DNA from: Macrostomum lignano
Taxonomy: Eukaryota
Reading direction: 5' to 3'
DNA: 64,000 nt
Assembly (NCBI GenBank): GCA_002269645.1
Contig: NIVC01000197.1
Location: 310,001 to 374,000 of the forward strand
Position numbers and translations under genes: made by a program. Under the pieces are notes generated by a model, which did not search any database, was not told the DNA's origin, and saw nothing but the letters and a program-made list of their open reading frames with translations. This document shows positions 10,473-23,366 of this stretch, piece after piece (within the stretch, counting starts at the first letter, position 1; the number at the start of each line of letters is the position of its first letter).

Positions 10473-13400
10473 TTATTCAGTCATTAAATAGTCCTCAGCT
10501 TCATCTTCGGGATCGGAGATTGCAGCAGCACCTGCTGATGCCTCGATGGCGGCGGACGAGGCGGCGGTCAAGCGAATTGGCAAATTGCCGCTGTGAACCC
10601 CGGCGATGACCTGGGAGCTGGTTTGGCCCGGATCCGTCAAGATGGAGGTGGTCACGCACAGCTGGGTCAGGGCGCGGTGAGCAGCTGGGGTGCAGGGTGG
10701 AGGGCTGTCAGTAACTGATTGGCTGTCAGCTGATTGGCTGCTATTTGATTGGCTGTCAACTGATTGGCTGCTATTTTATTGGCTGTTAGCATGGCTGCTA
10801 TTTGATTGGCTATGAGCTGATTGGCTGCTATTTTATTGGCTGTCAGCATGGCTGCTGTTTGATTGGCTATGAGCTGATTGGCTGCTGGATTATGTGCTAT
10901 TTAATTGGCTATGAGCTGATTGGCTGCTGATTAGGTGCTATTTGATTGGCTATAAGCTGATTGGCTGATATTCGATTAACCTGCTTATCTAACTGGTCGG
11001 ACAATAACATGCTTATTTGAAACACAGCAACAAACTCGGCAAGCAGGGACCCGTTCGCTACTCACAAGGCCGCAGTTTGGTCAGGCAGAAGTGCTGGTCG
11101 GCCCAGTTCAGCACAGTCCTGGCGAAATCCTCAATCGAGCACGTGGAAACGTTGCTATTGTAAGCGTCGAATGCGTCTGAGACCATCAGGCTGAACTGCA
11201 GGGAGGGGTTGGCAGGGACAGTTTTGCTAAAATCATTCTCATACTCATTTCTCACTGTCGCATAATCGATTCTTCTTTTTCGGGCTATAGGAGTACTTTT
11301 ATTACGTTCTAATGTCTACTTACTCTGAATCTCACAGTCTACTTACTCTGAATCTGACAGTCTACTTACTCTGAATCTCACAGTCTACTTACTCTGAATC
11401 TGACAGTCTACTTACTCTGAATCTCGCAGTCTACTTACTCTGAATCTGACAGTCTACTTACTCTGAATCTCACAGTCTACTTACTCTGAATCTCAAAGTC
11501 TACTTACTCTGAATCTCAAAGTCTACTTACTCTGAATCTCACAGTCTACTCATCTGAATCTCACAGTCTACTCATCTGAATCTCACAGTCTACTTACTCT
11601 GAATTTCACAGTCTACTTACTCTGAATCTAAGTTTACTTTCCAACCTGTCCACTCCCTTGACACAGCACCCATTTCCAACACAAACAACTGGCTGAACTC
11701 ACAAGATAAAACTTCCAGTTGTTGAGCACGCCGGGCCCGGCGTAGCTGTCCTCAAACCAGCGCCTGCCGTCCAACTGCTGTCTCTGCTGGCCGTGCGCCG
11801 ACCCAGCGGTCGACGCCGCTGTAGCCGACGAAGCCGCGGACAGGTGCTCACAGGCCGTGCCGATTTCAGCGCGCAGCCGGGCGGCCTCGGCGCGCAGCAG
11901 CTCGGCCTGACGGCGGCTCTCGGCCCGCTCTGAGCGCAGCTGGCGGAGCCGGTCGGCCGCCTTGTGCAGCAGGGCGGCTTTGGCGAGCTTCTGGGAGCCG
12001 CTCACTGGCAGCAGCGCCTGCAGCGTGTCGAAGGCCGAGTTGATGGACACCCGTCGGGCCTGCAGAAGGGGATGGCACGTCCGGGTTGGTCTGTTTTCTG
12101 GCTCTCCTATTCTGTCACTCTATTAGCTGGCACTCTGGTTGGTTCTGTCACTCTATTAGCTGGCACTCTGATTCTGTCACTCTTAGCTGGCATTCCGATT
12201 CTGTCACTCTTAGCTGGCATTCCGATTCTGTCACTCTAAACGCTGGCACTCCGATTCTGTCACTCTAAACGCTGGCACTCCGATTCTGTCACTCTAAACG
12301 CTGGCACTCCGATTCTGTCACTCTATTAGCTGGCACTCCGATTCTGTCACTCTATTAGCTGGCACTCCGATTCTGTCACTCTATTAGCTGGCACTCCGAT
12401 TCTATCACTCTATTAGCTGGCACTCTAGAATTCTATCTGCATACTAGTTGCCACCTGAAATCCTAGTTCATACAACCTAGTTCATTCAAACAACATATGA
12501 CCTCATCAATAAGGTAAAAACAGGAAGCAGATGCAACAGGCAAGCACAAACCTGTTCAGTTTTCAATGACATAGCCAAGGACTGCTTGTGAAGCAGGTAG
12601 CTCTCCCTATGCCTGTTCATTGACGGCTGTAAGCGGAGGAAAAATTGAAATTGCTTCAACTAATATTAACCATCTTCATCACAAACACATGAGTCTACAT
12701 TGCCAGGATAGCAAAATAATGAAGATTTAATAAACTAACCAACTCAATTCTGAATCCATCGCCAGACAGGGAGGAACAATCCATGTCGGATTTTGGTATA
12801 GCTGTAGGCAATTGAACTTCTGGCTGCTGCTGCTGGGTGTGCAGCTTCCTTTGTTGCTGCTGCTGATGGTGCTGCAGCGGAGGCGGCGGCGGCGATGGCT
12901 CGGGCAGAACCGGGGCCCTGAGAATCCTGTAAAGAGTCTCCGAGCCGGCTATGCTGAAAGCTGGAGCTGGCGGTGGCAGCGGCGGAGGCGGCGTTGGAGT
13001 CGGCAGCTGTACATGAATGCCGATGCCTCTCAGGTAGTCTAGCAGAGCGCTGACCACAGCGGGTGGCTGGTTAGTGCGGGCCAGGAGACCCTGCAGAGTG
13101 CTTACAATTCTCTGGTACTCCGCTGGGCTGAGATTCACCACGGGAGTCTGCTGCAGCGGCGGCGGCGGCGGCGGCGGCTGCGGAGTCAGCGGCGGAGGCG
13201 GCGGCGGCGGCGGGGGAGTCGGCACTGCGAATGTAGTCGCAACCGAAGTCGCAGTCGATGGCATCGGCATCGCGGCGGTGGCCGAGACGGAGACAGCGGC
13301 AGAAGAGGTCAGCAAAGCCAGCAGCTGGTCACCGCCAATGAAATCGTCAATGCTGGGCTGCAGCTGCTGCAACCCCGGCTGGATAAAGTCGGAGTTCACC

Positions 13401-15016
13401 CCGCCGCCGATACCGCCGCCACTGCCGCCGCCGCCGCCGACACTGCAGTCGACAATGCCGACACCGTTGACGTAGCCGGAGCCGCAGACCGCGGTGTCCG
13501 CGCCGCCGAGCAAGCCTCCAAAGCTGAATCCGTCGCAGGCGGCCAGCAGGCTGTCCAGATTCGGGTCCAGCTGGAAATCGGCCAGCAGATCGTCCAGCAG
13601 GTGGACGCTCGGCGCCCGTGGCGGCTGCGACTCGCGCGGGCTCATCGGCCAGTCGGTGCCGGTGGCGCCAACGCCACGGCGCTTGATGTCTAGCTCCGTG
13701 TTCTGCGCCAGCCAGTCGCTATCGTACACAATGTCCATTGGCTCCTGGCAGCGCGATGTTTTCAACCTGTGCCGGTTCTGCCTGTAGAATGTGCGCCAGC
13801 TGTGGTACTCGTTGCACACTGTGTCAAGCCGGCGCTTCCAGTACTTGCCTTCCATGATCACGGACTCGGCCCTGGAGTGCGCCTGGGCCGGCGAGGACAG
13901 GCAGGCAGTGGTGAGTGAATACCAATCTCAGACGGCTAGCTGAAGCATCGGGGGGAGGGCAGCAGCGGCCAGCTGAAGCATCGGGGGAGGGGAGGGCAGC
14001 AGCGGCCAGCTGAAGCATCGGGGGGGAGGGCAGCAGCGGCCAGCTGAAGCATCGAGGGGAGGGCAGCAGCGGCCAGCTGAAGCATCGGGGGGGGGAGGGC
14101 AGCAGCGGCCAGCTGAAGCATCGGGGGGGGAGGGCAGCAGCGGCCAGCTGAAGCATCGGGGGGGAGGGCAGCAGCGGCCAGCTGAAGCATCGGGGGGGAG
14201 GGCAGCAGCGGCCAGCTGAAGCATCGGGGGGGGGGAGGGCAGCAGCGGCCAGCTGAAACATCGGGGGGGGGGGCAGCAGCGGCCAGCTGAAGCATCGGGG
14301 GGGGAGGGCAGCAGCGGCCAGCTGAAGCATCGGGGGGGGGAGGGCAGCAGCGGCCAGCTGAAGCATCGGGGGGGGGGAGGGCAGCAGCGGCCAGCTGAAG
14401 CATCGGGAGGGCAGCAACTCACCTCGTCGGCAAGCGGGTTGGCGAACTGCACAATCCGCGGCCGCTGCTGCCGCACGAACTGCAGATGATACTCCCGCCA
14501 GATAATATTATTCAGCCGAATTTTCTCTTTCACTTTGAATCGCATGCCGCGGAAGTCGTTCCACTTCGGATTGGTGATCTTGCCCGAGTAGGTGAGCTTC
14601 AGGTAGCACAGCAGCTTTGTCAGCGACTGGTCGAAGCTGATTGCGGCGGCACCAGCCGACTGCTCAGCGGTGCCGGCGCCAGTCGAAGCGGCAATGGCCG
14701 CCGTCGCAGCAGCCGCGGTTGACGCGCTAGCAGCGGCGTCAGCTGAAGAAAAGTTCACCACGATTGGAGCGTCGGGGACAACGGCAGCCGGTCCGGAGCC
14801 TGCTGCCAGCATCGAGCGCTTCTTGTCAGTGTCGGAGAAATCGACGGGAAAGTCGGACAGAGAGTTGGAATCCGAGTCGGCGTCCTCCAGGTTGCTCATC
14901 ATGAAGTGGCCGGAGTGGATCTGGGCGGACTCGGCCACTCCGGCAGCTCCCACTCCCACTGGCTGGCTGCCAGAGCCAGATGGGCGGCGCTGCGGCTGCT
15001 TGTCTGTCATCACCAT
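10473..15016 (-). CDS. MLXIP: Mondo/MLX-interacting protein (MondoA/ChREBP family) bHLH-ZIP transcription factor, ~836 aa; exons 15016-14423, 13882-12740, 12626-12552, 12059-11703, 11195-11066, 10684-10473
   Basis: Mondo conserved regions IHSGHFMMS, SLTKLL..LKLTYSGKITNPKWNDFRG, KIRLNNIIWR and SVIMEGKYWKRR...EYHSWR. bHLH TEQ|ARRVSINSAFDTLQALL...KAALLHKAADRL. C-terminal NWKFYL|FS...WADQHFCLTKLRP...TTSILTDP. All junctions GT-AG and phase-compatible; summed length 2511 nt is divisible by 3; GCCATGG start context. Confidence 0.92.
10710..10980. repeat. Degenerate ~14-15 bp repeat built on TGATTGGCT in the last Mondo intron
   Basis: About 14 copies of (g/a)attggct visible. Confidence 0.85.
11320..11630. 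repeat. 23-bp minisatellite (CTACTTACTCTGAATCTCACAGT) in Mondo intron 11702-11196
   Basis: About 13 visible copies. Confidence 0.95.
12100..12430. repeat. ~27-29 bp minisatellite (TAGCTGGCACTCCGATTCTGTCACTCTAT) in Mondo intron 12551-12060
   Basis: About 11 visible copies. Confidence 0.93.
13935..14415. repeat. ~33-37 bp minisatellite with variable G-run (GCAGCAGCGGCCAGCTGAAGCATC-Gn-AGG) filling Mondo intron 1
   Basis: About 14 copies differing mainly in G-run length; begins within a few bases of the donor at 14422. Confidence 0.95.
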
Positions 15017-18000
15017 GGCAACAGCGCTGCAAGGAACAGCAGGTCACTGTTTGGTTCCTTTGATCGCTTCGGTGCTCACTGTTAGTTAGTTTGCGAAGAA
15101 TAGAGAGTAAAACAATGATTTACAGGTCGATTGCAATGGCACGTGGCATCGAAAATCTCTGCTGCTTGAGTCTCCAACTCCAAGGGACTTAAAGAGTTCA
15201 CCCTGCTTTGAAGCTGGCAAAATTAATTTATTCATACTGCCCTTACCGACCCCACCCATCAAATCAACATTAGTTTCTGCTTTTACACACTTTTAAGAGA
15301 ACTTACAAACATGAGACTAACATAATATTTAGTTTTATCAGTTGCATTTTATTAGCAAAATATTTTAGAAACAAAAAATATATTCTTTCAAAATAAAATA
15401 GACTATATACAAAAATAATAGCAATCTTAAGATATATGTATATCTTGTGTGGAAATGTACCCTTATAAGTTTTTACAACTTATTTCTATCAAAAAACCCT
15501 ATTTGTCTATATAGCCCAAAAATGATAATAATAAATAATTTTTATACCTTACTCATTATAATATAAATAATAAATACCAATAACATTAAACAATGTATCA
15601 AATTATGTAATACAAATTATAGATCATTTATTAAAATAGAATTGCAAAAGGCAACAAAGCCTAGAGTTTTTAAATATCTAAATATTGGAGCTTATAAAAG
15701 TTAGAAAAGATCAAAACTTGTGGTTTAGGTAAGATTTTAAGTTTTTGCTAAGATCTCATGATTTTAGGATTGGGATATTGAACATTTGACAAGATAATTT
15801 TTAATCCTATCTTACCTTATAGATAGTTTTTTTTAATTAAACACTGAACTTGGCTATGGCCATAAGGGCCAAAATATCACATTACTATTTTTTCACTGGC
15901 AATATTATTTTTTAAAGGTCATAGGACAATGTGGTAAATGCTTATATTAGCATTAAAATAGGTGACATTGCCCCTTTTGTCAAATTTTTAACCTCAATAA
16001 AAGAAATATCTAGAACTAAATTGAAGATCAGATGGTATAGCTTATATTATAAACTTTGGCTAGAAATAGTAAGTTGGTATAGGTTTAGCATATTTTGTTT
16101 AATAAATAGGGAATAGCAAGGAATCAGACAAATTATCTCACTTTTAAACTGTCTCACAAAAAATATTTAAATAAGAAAATTAGACAAAATTTTTATCTAG
16201 ATAAAAGGCTTAGGACAAATTTCTATATAACTTTGTAATATGACATTTATACAAGTCCAATGTTTAAATGTAACAAAAAAAAGTCTGGTATAAACAAAAA
16301 TATAATTATGATTTATGCCAACTGCTTTTTATTCTTGTATACACTTAATGCAATATTCATTTTAGATCTGGATCAAAGAAGTCAAAGACCTTTTTTTAAA
16401 TAAAAAATAAACTAAAATATTGTTTATAATACTGAATCTGATACTCTAATATAAAAAATAAACTAAATGAATGTTAAAAATAAATAGGGGGTTATTTATA
16501 TATAATAGGGTTTGATACTCTAGGCCTATGCATATACATTTGCAAGTAGAAAAAATATAAGCTTTTTTGTTTACGAATCTTATTTTGATCTCTTGGTCTA
16601 TAGGCCCTTACTATTCTAGTCTAGGCCTATAGACTATGCTTGATTCTTGGCCCCTTGGTATATAGTCTATAGACCATGGTTTAGAATATGTATTTTATAC
16701 TAGAAAATTCTAGAATATTTTGCCCTTCGTTGACAATCTTGGTATACACAATTGGGCAATCCTCTAGTTTTGCATGTTTAATTATTTTTTTAAACTTTAA
16801 CAAAGTTTTTTCAGACATTTTAGTATTGCCCTCCCAAAATATGATATTGCCAAAGGTGTTGCATAGATGGCAATGGTGCCACAGAAACTTATTGAAGTAA
16901 GTGTTGAATAGCAAGGTGTCTAGCCATTATTGAAAAAGAGTTATTGATCAAGGTTGACAAAGCAAGCAAGGCAAGAAATCTTTTAGATAATTGTATAATC
17001 AGATAATCCCAGACTCTCCTATCCTTTTTAAAAAATGGAGCAATTGCAGGTTTTCACCAGGCCTATAGATATATTTTGACAATAGATTATAGACATACAG
17101 ATGCAACCTCCAAAATTCGGTTGGCCATGCACTTTAGTTTTAACAAAAATGCAACATAGTTTTTGGCCAAAAATGTGACTTACATGTAAAAAACCCTAAA
17201 GCAAAAATAACGCAACTTTGGGTAAACGGAAGAAGTAACTATGACTGTCTTATTAAGCCAAAATGCCTCATCAGCTACTTAGTACTACTACTACTTGGGT
17301 AATTTTTCGGGTGGGTATTTTTGCAACTTCCTTGGTTGGCTGCCAAATCAGTTGGCCAGATTGGCCGACTCTGCCGACTGTTGCGCATGTATGATTATAG
17401 ATATAGACATAAAATTGGCACATTGCCATGTCATAAACTCATGCAAATATTTACTCTCTGTTGTTGAAACTTCATTAAAATTTTAATAAATCATTAAACG
17501 TGCAAAATTAGAAGATTGCCTACAATTGATGTAAACCTATAAAAAATAGCTATTTGATTTAGCAATTGAAAACCTATCTATTAAAATTTATTAGAGGTCT
17601 AATCTATCCATTGAATCTATTCATCTATTATGGTATTACGGTAAATAAAAACTATATTAATGTCACTTTTTACTGACATTGACAATGATCAAAGACTTTT
17701 GCCCCTAGCAAACAAATTGTTTTATAGTGCTAATGCCAAGCTTTTCTCTTTAAACATTTTTGAGCATATGCAATGCAAAATAAACAAAATATAAAAAATA
17801 TTTTTATACCTATACTAAAAATGATCTGTCAGTAGGTAGGTATGGTATGTGTGTGATCGATTCTAGAAATTATTTCTAATATTATACTTATACTTTAGGC
17901 TTTAGGCTTAGTTAGGTTAAGGCCTATATAGGAAGATTGAAAATATTGATATTAGCTTTAAGTTATTTTTATAGTGGTATAGGGGCTTAATTATTATTTG

Positions 18001-19049
18001 ATTGCCATTACACAACACATTTAAGATCCTGTCTGACATTTTTTGTGTATAATCTTAAGTGTCAAAGCACAGCTTTCATATAATATAGAATAGCATTATT
18101 ATTACTTTCATATTTATTACTATTTTATCAAAGGCAATATTAAACTATAGGTCTATAAGTTGATTGAAGTAAAAAAGCACAAAAAATTATTCAAGCATCA
18201 TCAGATTTATCGCTACAATTTTTTTCATAAAACTACGTTGTAAAAACACAAAGACAGTTAAGACCTAACCCTAACCAATTTTCATAGAAAACAAGATATT
18301 TAAAAATCGCGGTCCCACTTTACGTTAATCTTGTCAACATCAACTTACGCGTATTTTATACACAGCGTAGACGCGTGTCAATCAGAGTCATCGGCTCATT
18401 TAGGATGGCCGCTCTTAGTCTGTGCCACAGAGTTTTGTGCATCGCGCGTAGACGGCTGCAGTAGCCATTGGGAAATTAAGCGTGTTGCTAGACGTATAGA
18501 AATTAACGGTAGCCAGCCAGAGGGAAAATGCACCTCCAACTTTTGATAAGATATCCTATATTCCTATGTTTTTTAATATGGTATAATCGAATTAAGCTTT
18601 AACTTTTTGTCTTGACTCGTTCCACCAAGCCTCCTCGGTTCTGGGCTTTGGCCCACCATTTTTTCGAACATGAATCCTATACCTATGGCTACATCCAGCT
18701 ACGACGTACATGTAGGCGTTTACAGTTGCGAAAAGGCCCGAAGAGTAAAAGACATGTCGTCAGAGGATATCGTCAAGACTACGAGTAATTTTGAACAAAG
18801 TAGATTCATAAGGAGTGTAAAGTGACCCAGATCGAGATACGTGTACTCCTCCATTGCTGCTACATGTATTTTTATGACTTATATTTAGCGCGAGGCACAA
18901 ATCTCAGTGCTGGGGATGGGAAATATACTTTTTCATATACTAACGAATGTCGTTGAATAAAGCAAGTTTTCCCAACCATTCCCAACAACCAAAAAACAAC
19001 AAAATTCATTGTTTGCCAGTCAAGAAGCGAGTCATTTGAGAGGTAGGAC

Positions 19050-21205
19050 AACGTCACAGGGCACGTTTCAGGGCTGCACAGCCGGCAGTGTCCTGGGGAG
19101 TGCGCACCTAGCTGTCCACGCCAGTAGGGTGCCTGCGCAGCGTCAGCAGCAGCCTGCAGCTAGCACCGGCTGCAGACAGTGACTCGGCTCAGATGAACGG
19201 GACAGGCCGGTGCGGTGATAGAGTGCCACATTGCTGACGTGCTCGTAGTCGATCGTGAAAGCGCGGCGCGCCGCAGGCCAGCATGCGCCGCATCGACCTG
19301 CTGTTCGAGCGAGTCCGTCCAGGTCTCGGCGTTGCACAACAGGACCGTCTCAATCACCGCCTGGAACAACTCCGCCCTCTATCGTTCGGAAGTGCCTCGT
19401 CGGACTGCAGGACAGCCCTCACAGAACGGAAGGCAGCCCAAGCAAGTCCACGGCGACGTCGCGGATCCTCGTAAACGTCATGGACACCATATTGCCGAGT
19501 TAGACGAACTACTGACAGTGCGCAAGCTTCCTCACCTGCGCGTCAGCGCCGTCGACGATCGAGGACAGCCGGGCGAGATCATGCATCGGTGTAGCCAAGC
19601 ACGCTGAGCCGCCTCTCCGGTTGGCGGCGACCCACGTCGCTGCAATAGGAAGCGGTCGTCGTTAGAAGGTAGAGTAGTCCACAGCACCCAGTCAAGCACC
19701 AGGACGAACAGGAACGGCGCAAGCGTATCTCCCTGAAGCACCCAGAGGATTCTAAAAGAAATCCGACAGGCCGTCCGGTGTCAGCACAGCAGCGCTCGTG
19801 CCATGATACAGCGCCATGACGGCGGAATCAGCTGCTCTGGCACGTTGTACGCACGAAGCACCATTGGTAGCACGGCCCTCACGACAGAGTCGAAAGACTT
19901 CCTTAAGTCAATAAAGAGAGCAATCAGGCTCGACTGGCGAGTCCGCGCTTCTTCGATGACTCGGCAAAGAGCCAGGATCTTAGCCACTACTGTGCCGCGA
20001 TATGGCCGGAACCCGTTTTGCTTAGGCCGCAAATACGCATCCACAGGCTGCAACTGCAATAGCAGCATCCAGTTGATTAGCTTTGCACGCAGCGCAGGAC
20101 AGGCAGGCAGATGCCTCGGTGCTCTTCAAGCGTGTGGTGCCCCTCTTCTTCGGAATCGCGACGATGTGCGCCGTGGTCCATTCGTTGGGTGCCGCCTCAC
20201 CGAAAAACACGCGGTTCATCACACTGGCGACCTCGTTGGCCACACAGTGGAGTCGCAGCGTCTCGATGGGCACCTCGTCCGGACCCAGCGCTATGCAGCC
20301 CGGAGTCTCCGGGCAACGGCGTCCCCGGCGGCACCTCAGCTCGTTAAGCGGCCTCTCCAGCTGTCCTCGGTTGCCGAATCGCAGGGTCATCCTGCCACAC
20401 CGGCTGCCTACGTTGGGCCGGTCGCATCAGCGGGACTGCTTGCTCTGCCGCGGCTCTAATCGCGGCACTTACCTCCGTGTACTCGGCGCGTCCGCACCTG
20501 TCGCCAAGTGCGCTGACGAAGGCGCTAGCGAAATGGCGACGCGCCTGGGTGTCCTTGAGCGCACGGTAGTAGCGCTGAGGTGGCCGCTTCGGCGGACGGT
20601 AGAGCGGATCGCGTACACGCAGGTCGCAGACGAGGAGCCGATAATCAGACCGCAGAGCCAGCGGCGTGATGGTGCGGCAGTTGACGGCACGGCGGCGCTC
20701 AAGAAGACGCACAAGCACGTGATCGAGCTGTGCATACCTGCCTCCGCGTCGCATTCCGGCCGCTCATTCCGCCTCCGCTTGCAGCCCACGAAGGTTGCGA
20801 CCCTTCCGGATGGCTTACGGAGTGTGTGTTGTCCTGCCTCTCCAGGAAGTCCTCCAGCGCTCCGTTGTTGCCGTTCTTGTGCGTTGTCACAAACAACGAC
20901 CGCTCGGAAGTACGCAAAACCGCGTTTATGTCTCCGAGGACGACTACTGTGTCTCGCTGCGCTGTCTCCTCCACATGCACCGAGAGCTGCTCGAAGAAGA
21001 CTTAGAAGAGGGGTCCTGCTCCTGAGGTCGGGTAGCAGGAGGCGCGTACGCGCAGAACAGGCGAGCGTTCCGGCGGACGTCCACCCGAAGCAGCTGGTCA
21101 GACGGAGATGTAGCGACAGCTCTGCTGCAGCCTCGGTCCGATCAGCACTCCAACTCCTCCACGGCCTCGTTGGTCCGCCGACGTGTACAGAGGGTCCAAC
21201 TGGAC
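19050..21205 (-). mobile_element. Degenerate non-LTR retrotransposon (APE endonuclease + RT, RTE-like), 5'-truncated, with multiple frameshifts
   Basis: Minus-strand fragments in order: endonuclease GRGGVGVLI, VVLGDINA, YAQLDHVLV, LRSDYRLL; RT EWTTAHIVAIPKK, YLRPKQNGFR, ALFIDLRKSFDSV, LQGDTLAPFLFVLVLDWVL; C-terminal LFQAVIETVLLCNAETW. Clade assignment is inference. Confidence 0.88.
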
Positions 21206-21280
21206 TGGACTGGACTGGACTGGACTGGACGGGACTGGACTGGACTGGACGGGACTGGACTGGACTGGACGGGACTGGAA
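21206..21280. repeat. (GGACT)n pentanucleotide microsatellite at the 5' break of the RTE-like LINE
   Basis: Directly visible. Confidence 0.95.
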
Positions 21281-21369
21281 TTCCCCGCCAAATTCTAAAT
21301 GATGTACATGTACATATACAAGGGGTGAAAAATCGAACTGCGACAAATGCAGTTCTGGGAGTTGTTGAA

Positions 21370-21600
21370 AACTTTTTCTCAAACTGAGAGCCAGGCAGGC
21401 AAGGCAGCCCCTCAGCGGCAGCAACATGCACCTGCTCCATGTCTGTCCACAAACGCGCATATGTTGCGTCCATGCAGCTTCTAATTTTCTGGCACAGTAA
21501 ACGTCAGTATGCAGCAATGACTGGTGGGGCTCAAATGGATTCCGGACCACCACAGCAATCCTGAGGCCGAACGTCCTGGCGAAGGCCGGTCAGTCATCAG
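21370..21600 (+). mobile_element. Very degenerate RNase H fragment of the LOA/I-type LINE family
   Basis: GGTGGGGCTCAAATGGATTCCGGACCAC (~21522-21550, VGLKWIPDH) is nearly identical to GGTGGAGCTCAAATGGATTCCGGGCCAC at ~44433-44460; upstream ESQA resembles SDSQA. Confidence 0.5.
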
Positions 21601-23312
21601 AGCTGGTACAACTCTGAGAGCTGAGAGCATCTCTCCTCTCAAAGGAGATTTGAACGACCGAGCAACTACCCAAAAAAAAATTTCCGGGGATTTCACTCCA
21701 TAGTGTGTACAACTTTGGACAATAACGGGTAAAGTATGGAAATGTAGAAAGACATTTACAGCTATTAATACAGTTTAGAATTATATCATTCGGTATAATT
21801 TATTTTAGAAATTTACCAACCAAAATGCGAGATGCTGTACCGCAAAGTGGGAAACCGATCTTCAAACTTTTTTTAGACTGATTTTGTCATATTTGTCTAA
21901 ATGGAAAAATCTCAAAATAACGCCCCAATAATAGTCTAAAATATTTAGTTTCAAAATCTTAGAAGTTCAACTCTTAAAACTCCGTTCGTTATTTTTTCAG
22001 AGAATTCAAGTCAGAATAAAAGCAACAAAAAATGCCGTAACGCGCAGATAACAAGCAATTCAAATTAACCAAGGACATAAATATACAGTTATTTCTGTAT
22101 AGTAAGATAATGGCCGGTCCCAACTGAGGCCATAGACAACAGTAGAAAGTGCATCCATTGCACGAATCCATATATTAAGCATGTACGAGCTGTATTGATC
22201 GCTTGAAGATCGAAAAACAATCAACCATGCAGTGACACGAAACTCTGAAGTACTTCAGCAATTAGTTATAAGTTATTATACTGATAAGAATCCTTACAAA
22301 TTAATGCACACATATCTGGGGTCAGGGTAGGGGGTTCAGCTCCGACGCTCACTGCACCCCTGTGCGCATTGCGGTGGCACTGCGGTGGGACCTCGCTGTC
22401 AAAATACATTTGCGTCTTGCCAGCCTGCCAGCAGCAAATGTATTTATTAATTTAGAGGTGTCAATATATAATAGCATATATGGCACTCGCAATGCAACTA
22501 CAATGCAGCACGGTCAATATGATGCATGGCTCACTGATGCAGTGATTCGGGTGCAGTATGTGGTTGGTTTTAAGCAGCTGTAAGCATCAGCATAAGGGTT
22601 GCAGTTACTTACAACTGATATGGCGATAATGATGACAGCTTAATTCCGGCTTTTCCAAGGAGGCTGGATGCAGCGTATGATGAAGCCACTAGCTTATGCT
22701 CTTTAAATCAGTTTCGTTATATCATCGTTTTGTCTTCTTCTTTTCTTGTTACTGTTGCTGCTGCTATTAGCTATTAACGTGCTTCCGGCTCGAGTCAGAG
22801 ACAGATATGGGGGGTTGAGCTCGGAGTCAGGCCTCCCACAGCAAGATATATAGCTCCGCCTGCGTCTCACCTTGTCTCAGATTGTCACCAATTACCTGCT
22901 GCGCTGGGACTCAAGAGCGTGCATAGCGACTACTGTAGCTACTACTGTATATATACACATTAAAGTGAAACACCGGCTAGCAGCAGTTGTGGCGCCGGCT
23001 TGAACAAGGCGCACAAGACAGAGAGAGGCGCGTACAAGACCTGCTGCTGTTAGAGCTGTGGCCGTGAGATAGGCCAATGAGGCTTTACCGTTCTTGGTGG
23101 CTAATTCTCTCTCTTTATTCCCAGCTCTCCTCCTCGCTAGCCGGAGTGCCATTCGCCTAGAGATACAGCTTTGAGCAGTCAGCTCCCTGCCTGCCCCAGC
23201 CTATGCTCACTCACGACAAGCTGCTGTCTCTCTCTACTGCAGTGCCATTCCGCTGCATAATTTCTGACAGCGGCAGAGAGTCGTATATCAAAACCGCATT
23301 TGACAAGCGGTG

Positions 23313-23315
<3 letters not shown>

Positions 23316-23362
<47 letters not shown>
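23316..23362. repeat. (CT)n microsatellite
   Basis: Directly visible. Confidence 0.95.

Positions 23363-23366
<4 letters not shown>

Noticed and set aside
13074-15089. Plus-strand ORFs over Mondo, and similar antisense ORFs over p62, SLK, COUP-TF and MADD
   Set aside because: Antisense shadows expected from very GC-rich exons; no independent motifs.
18590-18870. Possible coding remnant on the minus strand (MEEYTYL..., ...RTEEAWWNES)
   Set aside because: Interrupted frames and no recognisable family; cannot be supported without a database search.
20083-21473. 434-aa (+) and 334-aa (-) ORFs
   Set aside because: Shadow or off-frame readings of the GC-rich degenerate LINE and the (GGACT)n tract.
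21560-21640. HDV-like or hammerhead ribozyme at the LINE 5' side (CTGATGA on the minus strand)
   Set aside because: No GAAA partner or nested pseudoknot could be built; the region is better explained as an RNase H remnant on the plus strand.
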